DNA of 62,960 nt, filler included, from Octopus bimaculoides (Eukaryota), in NCBI RefSeq assembly GCF_001194135.2. It is 4 parts of 3 records of this genome, joined end to end, with 100 filler letters (N's around TTAATTAATTAA, not from the genome) between each part and the next. Parts side by side here need not be neighbours in the genome. Positions count along the whole stretch, not along the records: positions 1 to 9,652 come from NC_068982.1; positions 9,753 to 21,089 come from NC_068982.1; 2 more parts are not named here. One strand, 5' to 3'. Positions 1 through 10,400 of this stretch are shown one piece after another. The position numbers were made by a program, and so were the translations under genes. How positions within the stretch are numbered: the stretch's first letter is position 1; the number at the start of each line of letters is the position of its first letter. The notes beneath the pieces were generated by a model that had not been told where the DNA came from, did not search any database, and saw only the letters and a program-made list of their open reading frames with translations.

Positions 1-230
1 GTCAATTCCATATTTCGAGCGTGGCCGTTTTCGTGCGGGTGACACGTAAAAGCACCCACTACACTCTCTGAGTGGTTGGCGTTAGGAAGGGCATCCAGCT
101 GTAGAAACTCTGCCAAATTAGATTGGAGCCTGGTGTTGCCATCCGGTTTCACCAGTCCTCAGTCAAATCGTCCAACCCATGCTAGCATGGAAAGCGGATG
201 TTAAACGACGATGATGATGATGATGAATAC
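1..230 (+). mobile_element. 3' end of RTE-related LINE/SINE with (GAT)n tail (family D)
   Basis: GGCGTTAGGAAGGGCATCCAGCTGTAGAAACTCTGCC...GTTAAACGACGATGATGATG. The same block forms the 3' terminus of the RTE LINE at 14545-18197 and recurs at about 2215, 10190, 26360, 26975, 37655, 39155 and 39990. Confidence 0.8.
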
Positions 231-535
231 TGTTGGAACAATTTCCACATCATGATGATGATGAATATTTGTTGTTTGAGTAATTTCAGTCTTTGCTTTC
301 TCTCTATTTACATATATGCATATTTTGTATATCTACCCCAAATGGTTTTATTTGTTTATTTATATAATTAACATCTGCTCACCTTGATTCTTCCTATAGC
401 CACTTTTTACCCTGTGGACTTAGTGCTCAGTGAAGATTTCAGAGTGTAAGTTCAAATCATTAAGTGTTTTCTATATTGGGTATCTCTGGATCTCATCTCT
501 TGACTGTATACACACACACACAGATATATGTGTGA

Positions 536-650
536 AGTCACATGGCTCAGTGGTTAGGACGTCAGGCTCACAATCATGTGGTAGTGAGTTTGATTCCCAG
601 ATTGGGCTGTGTATTGTGTTCTTGAACAAGACAATTTGTCACCATCAACA
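536..650 (+). mobile_element. tRNA-derived SINE head fragment
   Basis: A-box-like TGGCTCAGTGGTTAGG and B-box-like GAGTTTGATTCCC followed by GTGTTCTTGAACAAGACA, as in the copies at 34490, 41105 and 5760-6105. Confidence 0.65.
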
Positions 651-1209
651 CTACTACTTTCAATAAAACATCAACTCTCCCTAAATTTCTTTGTCTCTTT
701 CTCTCTCTCTCTCTCTCTCTGTCTGTCTTCATCTCTATGTCTACTATTACTCTCACCCCAGTATAAGGAAGTGTCATTGAATAGTGAGAGAAGGGGGTCA
801 AAGTGTGTCACACTGACATGCAGAAATTAGTTTTCGCATTTACTAGATTTGTGGAAAAAACATTCTCTTTCCTTTTCAGCTTTCAAAGAATTAATTTCCC
901 TCTTTTTCTTTCTATTCTGCTACTGGTAGACGGTTAACTTGACACCAAAGATAAGCTCACTGGACTTTCACATCAACATAGTAGCACTATTTGAAGAAAT
1001 TCTTTATTAAAGTGAACATTAGCATTTACTTCTATCTTGTAGCAGTTGCGAAAAATTTCCTAACAGTTGAATAAAATGTCTACTATGTCACTTCTCAATT
1101 CCTTATTTCTTTAAATATACAACATGCAGTCTTTCTTGGCTTTTCTCTGTAACTTGCAACATCTCTACTATGCCACAATCTACTGGTTACAATTACACCA
1201 TTATATTTG

Positions 1210-2086
1210 NNNNNNNNNNNNNNNNNNNNNNNNNNNNNNNNNNNNNNNNNNNNNNNNNNNNNNNNNNNNNNNNNNNNNNNNNNNNNNNNNNNNNNNNNNN
1301 NNNNNNNNNNNNNNNNNNNNNNNNNNNNNNNNNNNNNNNNNNNNNNNNNNNNNNNNNNNNNNNNNNNNNNNNNNNNNNNNNNNNNNNNNNNNNNNNNNNN
1401 NNNNNNNNNNNNNNNNNNNNNNNNNNNNNNNNNNNNNNNNNNNNNNNNNNNNNNNNNNNNNNNNNNNNNNNNNNNNNNNNNNNNNNNNNNNNNNNNNNNN
1501 NNNNNNNNNNNNNNNNNNNNNNNNNNNNNNNNNNNNNNNNNNNNNNNNNNNNNNNNNNNNNNNNNNNNNNNNNNNNNNNNNNNNNNNNNNNNNNNNNNNN
1601 NNNNNNNNNNNNNNNNNNNNNNNNNNNNNNNNNNNNNNNNNNNNNNNNNNNNNNNNNNNNNNNNNNNNNNNNNNNNNNNNNNNNNNNNNNNNNNNNNNNN
1701 NNNNNNNNNNNNNNNNNNNNNNNNNNNNNNNNNNNNNNNNNNNNNNNNNNNNNNNNNNNNNNNNNNNNNNNNNNNNNNNNNNNNNNNNNNNNNNNNNNNN
1801 NNNNNNNNNNNNNNNNNNNNNNNNNNNNNNNNNNNNNNNNNNNNNNNNNNNNNNNNNNNNNNNNNNNNNNNNNNNNNNNNNNNNNNNNNNNNNNNNNNNN
1901 NNNNNNNNNNNNNNNNNNNNNNNNNNNNNNNNNNNNNNNNNNNNNNNNNNNNNNNNNNNNNNNNNNNNNNNNNNNNNNNNNNNNNNNNNNNNNNNNNNNN
2001 NNNNNNNNNNNNNNNNNNNNNNNNNNNNNNNNNNNNNNNNNNNNNNNNNNNNNNNNNNNNNNNNNNNNNNNNNNNNNNNNNNNNNN
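1210..2086. other. Assembly gap (N run), first of 14; others near 9653, 11010, 15509, 21090, 25153, 27269, 41792, 43296, 43854, 49326, 53502, 59610, 62210
   Basis: Runs of N seen directly. They produce the X-filled ORFs in the ORF track. Confidence 0.99.
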
Positions 2087-2214
2087 TTGGGCAATTTTCC
2101 GGAACCTCCGTATCTGAAAATGGGGATTTTTGGCAAAACAAATCTAGAAGATAAACAAATTTGGGAGAAAATGAGGAGGGGGAACGGGCGGAAGTCTTTC
2201 CACACTCTGTAAAG

Positions 2215-2352
2215 TAGTTGGCGTTAGGAAGGTCATTCAGCCACAGAAATCACGCCAAATCAGACTGGAGTCCGGTGCAGCTCCCCAGCTTTGGTCACAC
2301 CGTCCAATCCATGCCAACATGGACAACAGACGTCAAATGATGATGATGATAT
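2215..2352 (+). mobile_element. Family D RTE-tail repeat
   Basis: GGCGTTAGGAAGGTCATTCAGCC...GTCAAATGATGATGATG, homologous to 80-225. Confidence 0.75.
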
Positions 2353-2859
2353 AGGGCCTAGTGCATTGATTTGACTCACGGCCTATAATGCTGCTAAGCA
2401 GCTCTGGGTGACACCTATATGTTACAATTTAACTGTTATATACCACATCAAAAATTTAATATGCACCTCGATCAAAATTCTTGTATTTTTGTATTTGTGC
2501 AGAGTAGAAGTGACAAGCACTATAAAACAGAATTTAATACAGTGATTAGTAATGTTGTATAGCAGACAGGCATGTGATCAATGACGTTTCAGTCGAGACC
2601 CACCTGCTTTTTCTTTTCTTTTTTTTTTAATAATAGAGTGTATCTAGGACTAGACACTCCGATGTGCCCTACTCTTTTTACATATGCTTTGAGGGAAATT
2701 TGGCTGTCACTCCTTGAAGGTCGAGGTGATTTTGATTGCAGTTTATTATAGTTTCAATACATCTATACTACCAATGACCTTGACAACAGCTAGTATGTAA
2801 TACAATCTCTTCACACCTTAGTAAATCGGAGGTTAAATCTATGTAAGAAATGAATAAAT

Positions 2860-3209
2860 GTAGAAGAGATAGCATCCGCCTGTAAATTGCTGGGCGTCAT
2901 ACGTGAATATCTTTGCGCTATGTAGTCAAATAAATTACAAAATTAGTTTCTGCCTTTTAAATTAATCGTGTAAAAAATTACTTTTAAAATGAAACAAACA
3001 TAGCTCGAGTGCTAATTTTATGTATATAATATATATATTTCCTTGAATTGAAATGTCGATAAAAAGCAACTTTAAACGAATTGATTTCCGGCATATAGCT
3101 TGTTTACAATAATGGCTGCTACCATGTGTTTACCTGCCAAATTATTAACATTAACTCATAATGTTACATTACAGAATATTTCCATGAAAACATAAACTAT
3201 AGTGTATGT
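2860..3209 (+). promoter_or_regulatory. Candidate promoter and non-coding first exon of the WW-domain gene
   Basis: Unique, relatively CpG-retaining sequence. ETS-like TTCCGG near 3086, YY1-like AATAATGGCTGC near 3108, GTATGT donor-like site at 3204-3209. Assignment to the WW gene is inference. Confidence 0.35.
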
Positions 3210-4570
3210 ATTTATTTGCTACGACTCTATATTCCATGGATAAAACTACATTTTACTTACCGCTGACAGTTTCTTATTTCAAATCGTTTAGATCTCTTTT
3301 AATGTTAAATTTTCTTTCGAAGTATATTGTTTGTAGGAGATATTTTTTGCATGATTTTTGCATAATAAATATATTTCGGCATTCTACGAAAGAATGCCCA
3401 TATTTCATCTAAAAGAAATAGAATTTGTTTTATAAAAGAAACTACATGGTAACCACATAGGTAAAGTTGGTAAAAAATTACACATATATGTTTTAGTGTA
3501 GATCAAGTGTTAGAAACTTTCAGCCGATATTTTATCGTGACTTACCAATATTGTAATTTTTATACATTTTTTTAGCTTTAAAATTACTTATTTCGCATCA
3601 TTCGAAGATTTTAAATATGTAAGAATGTCAAGAATCAGATTTGTTTAATTTATCGTGACAGTAAATGAATTAAATTCAAACGTATGTTTTTCCTGTTAAA
3701 TTTTAAAATCACAGCAGTAAAAATAGTAAATGAAAATGGGTAAATAAATGAGATTAACAATTAGATTCTACCTATAACACCAACGCAGGAAATGATTTTT
3801 AAAATGACATCGTTATGAATTTAATTTACGTGTTCAGATTCAAAAGTTTTATAAAAAAAAAAAGAAAAGAATATACTGTTTTGAAGAACCATATCACGAT
3901 ATATTTTCGTTTGATTTGAGAAATACAGCACGTTCTGTTATTGTATCATGACCATACTTGTACTTTTTCTATTAACTGAAAGTCGAAAATATCACGTGCT
4001 TTTTGTGTTTAGACTCGAATTCAACAACGCCAGGAACTCGAAGTACTGTTACATCAGTATTTCGCATATATTGCACAGCACCCTCGAATGATAGAGTGGT
4101 TATTTTAATGTTATAATTAGAAAATCATGTATAATTAATATTACTAAACTGCAGCGTTGAGTTTAAAGTCAGCATTAAATGTAGTTCTTTTTATTATCAT
4201 GAAATCCATTTCCCCTGCTCACATGTGTCGAAAAGCTCTTTATATCATTACCGTGGTAAATTTTACCATTGTTCTTTGAGCTTTCTGCGATCTAAATGTT
4301 CTCATATTTTCTATAAGCACCATTCCAAATTCTTTTTTGGTTTACTTCTACAGATGTCATTCATCTGCAACCCAGAGAACTTTATCATTCATATTTCACC
4401 TATTTATATATTTTTTAAACTGGTGCAGTTGGCATTCCAACCAATATCCAGTTGTTTTGTCAACTGTCTTATTCCAAACTTTTCTTATAAATTAATAGTG
4501 CTCATGTCTATATTCATCATACGTCTCTCTCATTGTAGATCCTTTGCATTCATATTTTGTTGCTATATAA

Positions 4571-5591
4571 TCAGTGGTTAAAAATTTTTATTTTGTTCTT
4601 TATTGAAATTACACTTGCGCTCCATACTTTTTTAACAGGTGCAAAGCGGTCCTTGCCTTACTTATTCTCGTCTTAATATCTTCGTCGGTGCCGCCTGAGA
4701 ACGTTATCTTACTACCTAAATACGTAAACTCGGCTACATCCTCTAGTTCACCGGTTTCTAGTTTAATACGTTCGCTGTTTTCTTCATTAACTTGCATAAT
4801 TTTTGATTTGTCGCGGTTGACTTTCAATCCTAGTTTGGCAGCTATTGCTTCTAATTTTGACGTTTTATTTTGCATTTGGCTATATGTTTGTGAAAGTAGT
4901 ACTATATCATCTGTTTGGCTTTCAATCGTAGTTTCCTTCATAATTCAATCTATAACTAGTAGAAATAAAAAGGGAGAAAGTATACATCCCTGTCGAACTC
5001 CTGTTTTTACTTCGAATTTATCCGTAGCTCTGTTTCCATGCAAGACTCGGCATGACATTCCTTGGTAAGTTGCTCTTATTATAGATATATACAAGTGTAA
5101 TTTCAATAAAGAACAAAATAGGAATTTTTAACACTAACGTAAAAGCTGTGTTATTGTATGGGGCTGAGACATGGCGAACAACAGTTAAGTCAAATAAGCA
5201 AATACGATCATTCATCAACAGGTGCTTGCGTAGTATACTTAATATTAGATGGCCCCGAACACATAAGCAATATGGAGCTATGGCAAAGAACGAATCAAGT
5301 TTCGATTAGGGAGTAAATATTTAAGAAAAAGTGGAAGTGGATTGGTAGCACAATTAGAAAAGACATACCAAATGTAGCGAAAAGTGCTTTACAGTGGAAT
5401 CTGGGTGGATACAGAAAGAGGGGTAGGCCTAAGAACTCGTGGCATAGATCAACACAAAAGGAACTAGAGAAAGAGGGATACTCATGGCAAAGTATAAGTA
5501 CAGAAGCGAAAAATTATGCGACATGGAATTCAATTAAGTGGCCTATACTCCGTGTTGGAGGGTTAAAGGCAAGAAAAAAAAAGTCAGTGGT
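4571..5591 (+). mobile_element. 5'-truncated RTE-clade LINE with inverted 5' segment (4577-5090 minus, 5092-5583 plus) and 8-bp TSD TCAGTGGT
   Basis: Minus strand: ISIIRATYQGMSCRVLHGN...GVRQGCILSPFLFLLVID*IMKETT..DDIVLL..FTYLGSKI..DIKTRISKAR. Plus strand continues ISIKNKIGIFNTNVKAVLLYGAETW..RCLRSILNIRWP..KWKWIG..KRGRPKNSW, then an A-rich tail. TCAGTGGT at 4571-4578 and 5584-5591. Confidence 0.9.
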
Positions 5592-5759
5592 GGACTGGGT
5601 ATAAAAATATTGGTTGCCAGGAGACTAAGGGGGGCCCACCCGCAACCACAATGCTATCATTTAATTTTATTTTTTGTTAAAAGTATTCTTTTCAACTGTC
5701 TACAAACACAGCCAGGCTGAAATAATTAATGCATTCTTCCAGGAGTGAATAAAAAATTC

Positions 5760-6105
5760 TCAAACTTGAGGGGATGGGCCCCTTAGATACTAACATGGGC
5801 TCCCATATATGGATTCTTTCGACTGACCATGGGATTGCACCTAGAAAGTTACCCTCCGTGGCACAAGTCCAGGCAAGGTTGTTTATGCCGCCCATGCATA
5901 CCAGTCTCCCCTCTCCATGCCACCAGTGTTATCCAAGGGAAAGGTAAAGACTGATACAGTTTGGCACCTGTGACATTGCAACTCATTTCTACAGCTGAGT
6001 GAACTGGAGCAACATGAAATAAAGTGTCTTGCTCAAGAACACAACACGCAACCTGGTCTGGGATTCGAACTCACAACCTTGTGATTGTATGCTCGACGCT
6101 CTAAC
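5760..6105 (-). mobile_element. tRNA-derived SINE with central conserved domain and RTE-like 3' part
   Basis: Minus strand GTTAGAGCGTCGAGC...GAGTTCGAATCCCAGACC (A/B boxes), then GTGTTCTTGAGCAAGACACTTTATTTCATGTTGCTCCAGTTCACTCAGCTG. A similar copy is at 45410-45590. Confidence 0.7.
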
Positions 6106-6910
6106 CTGTGCTAGGAATAAAATACTATGTTGTTTAAGCCAGAGGAAAATAAATACTACCTCCACTTTATGAGTGATGTTAAGGAAAAAAAAAGAAAAAA
6201 AGGGCAGTCAGATATATCAGTTTAATATGTAACTAACTCATAGCATCTTCTTAAAGTTAATGTTAATTTTTTTCAACTAGTGGGAATTAAGTGTGAAGTT
6301 AGGCTATCACTCTGACTACTTTAAAACTATTATAATTTGATGCTTCAAGTTCAAGTCCTTTTGAGGTTACTTTAGCATTTTTATCATGAAATAAATACCA
6401 GAACTGGAAGTAAAGTTTAAAATAGGCTTGATGCCATTGTCATACCTGCATGTTATTTTGGAGAGTAACTTTGAAAAGTTTCCAAATGCTTGTCATTTAA
6501 CTTGGAGATTTTTCTTCTTATTTTTCCATGTACATTTGAGGTGATTTAATACAAATATTTAAGAAATTTACTTTGCAACCAGGAAGTCAGCTCCACTGTA
6601 TAGCATCTTGGGCAAGTATCTTTGGTTGAATGAAACTTAGTGAGTAAAATTGAGCAGATGAAAATTATGAGGAAGCTTATTAGATTGATTGTAGCTGTAA
6701 TTTAAAGGTGCAGCCTTGTCAAATTGATTCCACCTGAGAATTACATTTAACCTTTTTGTTACAATGTTTCTGGTGAAATACACTGCTTTTGTCTCAGTTA
6801 ATTTTCCAAATAATGAAAAATTCTGGAAAATAACTTTATCATTATTAAGCTGGTGTTTGGAACATACATTAAACATGGAATTTTGTTGGAAGGCTTTAAT
6901 TTAGATCACT

Positions 6911-7123
6911 TTAACCCTTTTGGATTTAAACTGGCAATATCCATCCCAAATATTCCACCTGCTTTATGTTCAAATTGGCCAGATCCTACCTCTCTCACGT
7001 ACCTTACAATGTCATTCAAAAATTAATCATATCATCAAAATTTCAAAGCCACAAGAATGCATAATTAATTCAAAACAATGTGAACAAGTAAGTTTAACAG
7101 TAATCTGAATGTTAAAGGATTAA
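6911..7123. mobile_element. piggyBac-type MITE (TTAA-flanked, about 210 bp)
   Basis: TTAA|CCCTTT ... AAAGGA|TTAA ends. Homologous copies at about 32320-32541 (ends AAAGGGTTAA) and 43627-43810. Confidence 0.65.
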
Positions 7124-7440
7124 ACATGAAATTTGTACCATAGAACCAGGGGTAGTTTCAAGCAGATTGGTATCAAAAAGGTTAAAGGTATACATCTCAG
7201 GAGTGTTCAACCACTTATATATTAATTCAAAGTAAATTTGATTGAACAACTAAATACTCATGATCAAAACCAATGGAAGTCCAGTTTCTTTGTCACTCAT
7301 CTAATTATTTTTTTTACTCATGCAAGGAATATATTTTTACATTTAAATCTTTCTTTCTAGGTTGTGTTTTTAAAGCTTATGCTGTTGTTTAGCTCTGGGC
7401 CAGCTCTGATTGAGCAGACTTATGATCAACAGCATTCCAG

Positions 7441-7566
7441 ATGTCATCGAAGTCGGAATTACCTCCAGGATGGCTTTCTCGAGAGTCAAAAACACACCCA
7501 GGAAATTTTTTTTACTATAACAAAGAAACTGGATTAACTACATGGAAAAAACCTTGTGATGAGAAG
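7441..7566 (+). CDS. Coding exon for an N-terminal WW domain (MSSKSELPPGWLSRESKTHPGNFFYYNKETGLTTWKKPCDEK); Pin1-like or invertebrate SWT1-like architecture, family not resolved
   Basis: Full WW signature LPxGW...FYYNxxTxxTTWxxP. ATG directly after CAG, in-frame stop upstream near 7390, phase-0 donor AAG|GTAATC at 7567. Downstream PPIase or PIN exons were not found. Confidence 0.8.
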
Positions 7567-9270
7567 GTAATCATTATTTGAAACTATGTTTTAAATTTTT
7601 GTATGTAAATTATATCTCGAGTCTGGCTAAGTGTTTTATTAGATGCAATCCATTGTTTTTAATGCTGAACATTAATATTCAAGGAAACCTGAGTTCTTTG
7701 TTAGCAAAAATGGATTCAATGAAGAGCAAACAGTTAATAACACTACTACATTATCTATTTTTTTGCCTTTTAGTGTTTTCAAAACTTAGTTGTTCTTTGC
7801 TTTTACTTTCTCCTTCAGTCATCATCAAAATCAGTTTTTGCATGTTTTTCGTACAGGTCATCATGTTCTGAGTTAGTTGTCTTGCTCAATGTAATAATTT
7901 TTAATAGCAAAGTTCTATTATATAACTCATAAATTATGTTTTAATAATTTTATGTGTGGATATCAAGTGGACATGCTGACTATAGTATACAAAGCTCTGA
8001 CATGAAGTTTTTGTTCAAATATAGTTGGATTATTTACAATAAGAAACTTACTATTTAGTTGCTAAAAGGAAAAAAAATGTAAGTAAAACTGAGAACACTA
8101 TATCATACTGGAAGTAATTTATTGCCTATAATAATTGACAATACACATGTAACCAAAAGTATTCTTTGTAGATCAAATGTTACTTAAAAAGAATTTTCTT
8201 TTTAAATTCAATGTTTTGTTAAGGAATGCAAATAAATTACATAAAATTAGAGTAATTTTTTTTGCTTATATTTTATCATTATCCATTTTGGATTTGTTCA
8301 TCTTTGATTGGATAGATCAAAGGTATTCCAGCTTTTTATCCAATCATAATACATTGAGGACTACATTATTCAATGTAGGTATCCCTTTTTAAAACAGAAA
8401 AACTTGATTTAGATAGAAGGTTGGTCAAATTCATTGGTAACAATTAAATTTTTCACTGAATATTTTGCTTTCTGAAAGTTTTTTTTTTTTTTTTTTTTCA
8501 CATTTTCTGAAAACATTAAAGTCTCAGATCACTCAATTTTTTTTTCTCAGTTAGGCATTAAAATGAAAGAGCATTCAGACTGCTAGAGGTAGCAGCCAAA
8601 TCTCCCACAAATCAAATTTTACTGTTTTAAAAAAAGGATACCTACATTAAATAATGTACTATGATTGGATAAAAAGCTGGAATGCCTTGGATCATAGATC
8701 TATCCAATCAAAGCTGAACAAATTCAAAACAACAATAGCAATAAGTGAAATATGAAAATTAGCATTAAGGAACATTAATTTTGATACTCCAACAAACTTT
8801 TAACCACTGAATACAAAGGCATTATAACAATCCTTTTTATATATTTTTTTCTTTATGTACACTTACAGTTTATATATATCAGTCAAAATTTATTGGGGAA
8901 TTATGGAAATTGATGAACTAGGTAATATGGGACACTTAATGATATAAATAAAGACATGTAATAATGTAAGTAACAGGGACACTGTTCACAGTTCTTAATA
9001 TGAATTAAAGTTTGTTGATATTTGCATATGAATTGTTGAAGTAAGTATTTTGATGGCTGTATATTTTCATCATAATTACAGCTGTACAAGTATGAAGTCA
9101 GTGGGGTTTATTTTTTGGTTAGGTTGGCGAGGGCACAATTTGCTTAACAGTATAACACGATGGCTTTAGTAGAATTTGAACATGTAACTTTATAGTCAGT
9201 AATGAAAATTATAAAAAATTTGAAACTATAAAAATTTTGAACTTAGAATCACTGAATATTTTTATAAGAT

Positions 9271-9299
9271 TCATCTATATATATAAAAATGAGAATGTG

Positions 9300-9338
<39 letters not shown>

Positions 9339-9652
9339 GTGTGTGAATCCCTAAAACTCGAGAACTACGCAACCAATTTCATTCAAATTTTACACATGCC
9401 TTACTTAGGGTTCCAGTTGTGATTTAGTCAAAAAAAATGTTTAACTTCTTGCAGAGTTCGAGCCCACGGCAACATAATATCTCCTCCACTATTTAAGTAT
9501 TACGTGTCAAAAGTGAAACAAAAACACTCATGTCAAATACTTTCACTTTAAAAATGAAACTATTCCACTAACTGAAACAATCACATTTCGATACTGTAAT
9601 GACAGATACTTTCAGAGAGAGAGAAAGAGAGAGAGAGAAATGTATATGTATA
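9271..9652 (+). mobile_element. Non-autonomous Helitron/Helentron-like repeat
   Basis: Starts TCATCTATATATATAAAAATGAGAATG, followed by a (GTCT)n tract and GAACTACGCAACCAATTTCATTCAAATTTT, the layout of DINE/HINE-type elements. The 3' end is lost in a gap. Confidence 0.5.
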
Positions 9653-9752
9653 NNNNNNNNNNNNNNNNNNNNNNNNNNNNNNNNNNNNNNNNNNNNTTAA
9701 TTAATTAANNNNNNNNNNNNNNNNNNNNNNNNNNNNNNNNNNNNNNNNNNNN
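9653..9752. other. Artificial 100-bp gap spacer N44-TTAATTAATTAA-N44 (also 21090-21189 and 43296-43395)
   Basis: Identical palindromic 12-mer with exactly 44 N each side at three places. It gives stop codons in all six frames. Confidence 0.95.
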
Positions 9753-9792
<40 letters not shown>

Positions 9793-10189
9793 TGTGTGTG
9801 TGTGCATGCGCGCGCGTGCTTGTGCATGTGTGTGTGTGCATGCACACACATGCACATGTGTATGCATATTACCTGTTTTTAATCACAAACAATGTTGTGA
9901 GTTATAAAATATAAAATAAATCAATAGTTTAGATTTTTATTTTGTATTTTGATATTTCTGGGTTAAGACCTCTTCATCAGAAAATCTTTTGAGATTTGAA
10001 GTTGTAAGCTAGCTTTTCTGTTCTGTAATTCATATATCTATGTTCATACATGGTAGGTTGCTTTGCATGAGTGTGACAGCATTGGTACAATAATCAATCA
10101 GCTGCATGCAGCTCAGTTCTCTTGTTAATACATTGTTTTGGCCTTGCTAATGATGACGACTTCTTTTCTTCTCAGGCTCCAAATGTTTC

Positions 10190-10400
10190 ATTCCATCATC
10201 ATCATCATCATCATAATCGTTCCCCCCCACACACACACACTTTTCCTCCTAGCATGTGCTGCATGGTTTGACATTAAACAAGAAGCCAGAAGACTGGGCC
10301 AAGCTCCACTATCTGCTATGGCAGCCCTTTCCAATGCTAACCACTTCACAGAGTGGATTGGGTGCTTTTCTTCATGGCACCAACATTGGTAAGGTCAGCA
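10190..10400 (-). mobile_element. Family D RTE-tail repeat, degraded
   Basis: (CAT)n tail followed by GCATGGTTTGAC...GCCCTTTCCAATGCTAACCACTTCACAGAGTGGATTGGGTGCTTTT. Confidence 0.6.

Noticed and set aside
1095-2212. Long ORFs of 200-390 aa across N runs (also near 10.9, 25.1, 43.8, 49.0, 53.2, 59.6 and 62.1 kb)
   Set aside because: They are open only because N codons translate as X.
2503-2562. Possible plus-strand terminal exon SRSDKHYKTEFNTVISNVV* after TTTGTGCAG
   Set aside because: Short, no recognisable motif and no supporting upstream exon.
6637-6876. 79-aa minus-strand ORF with protein-like composition
   Set aside because: No family motif and no convincing splice-site pair; the length is expected by chance in AT-rich DNA.
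7578-7900. Plus ORF of 97 aa and minus-strand peptide ..SEHDDLYEKHAKTDFDDD*
   Set aside because: Several frames look equally plausible, and none has a recognisable domain or a strong acceptor.
8050-8059. 10-nt minus-strand microexon (TTTTAG-CAACTAAATA-GTAAGT)
   Set aside because: It overlaps a plus-strand candidate and has no supported partner exon; such signals arise by chance in A/T tracts.
9950-9995. Third hammerhead-like CTGATGAAGAGG on the minus strand
   Set aside because: Stem II, GAAA spacing and stem I could not be assembled convincingly.
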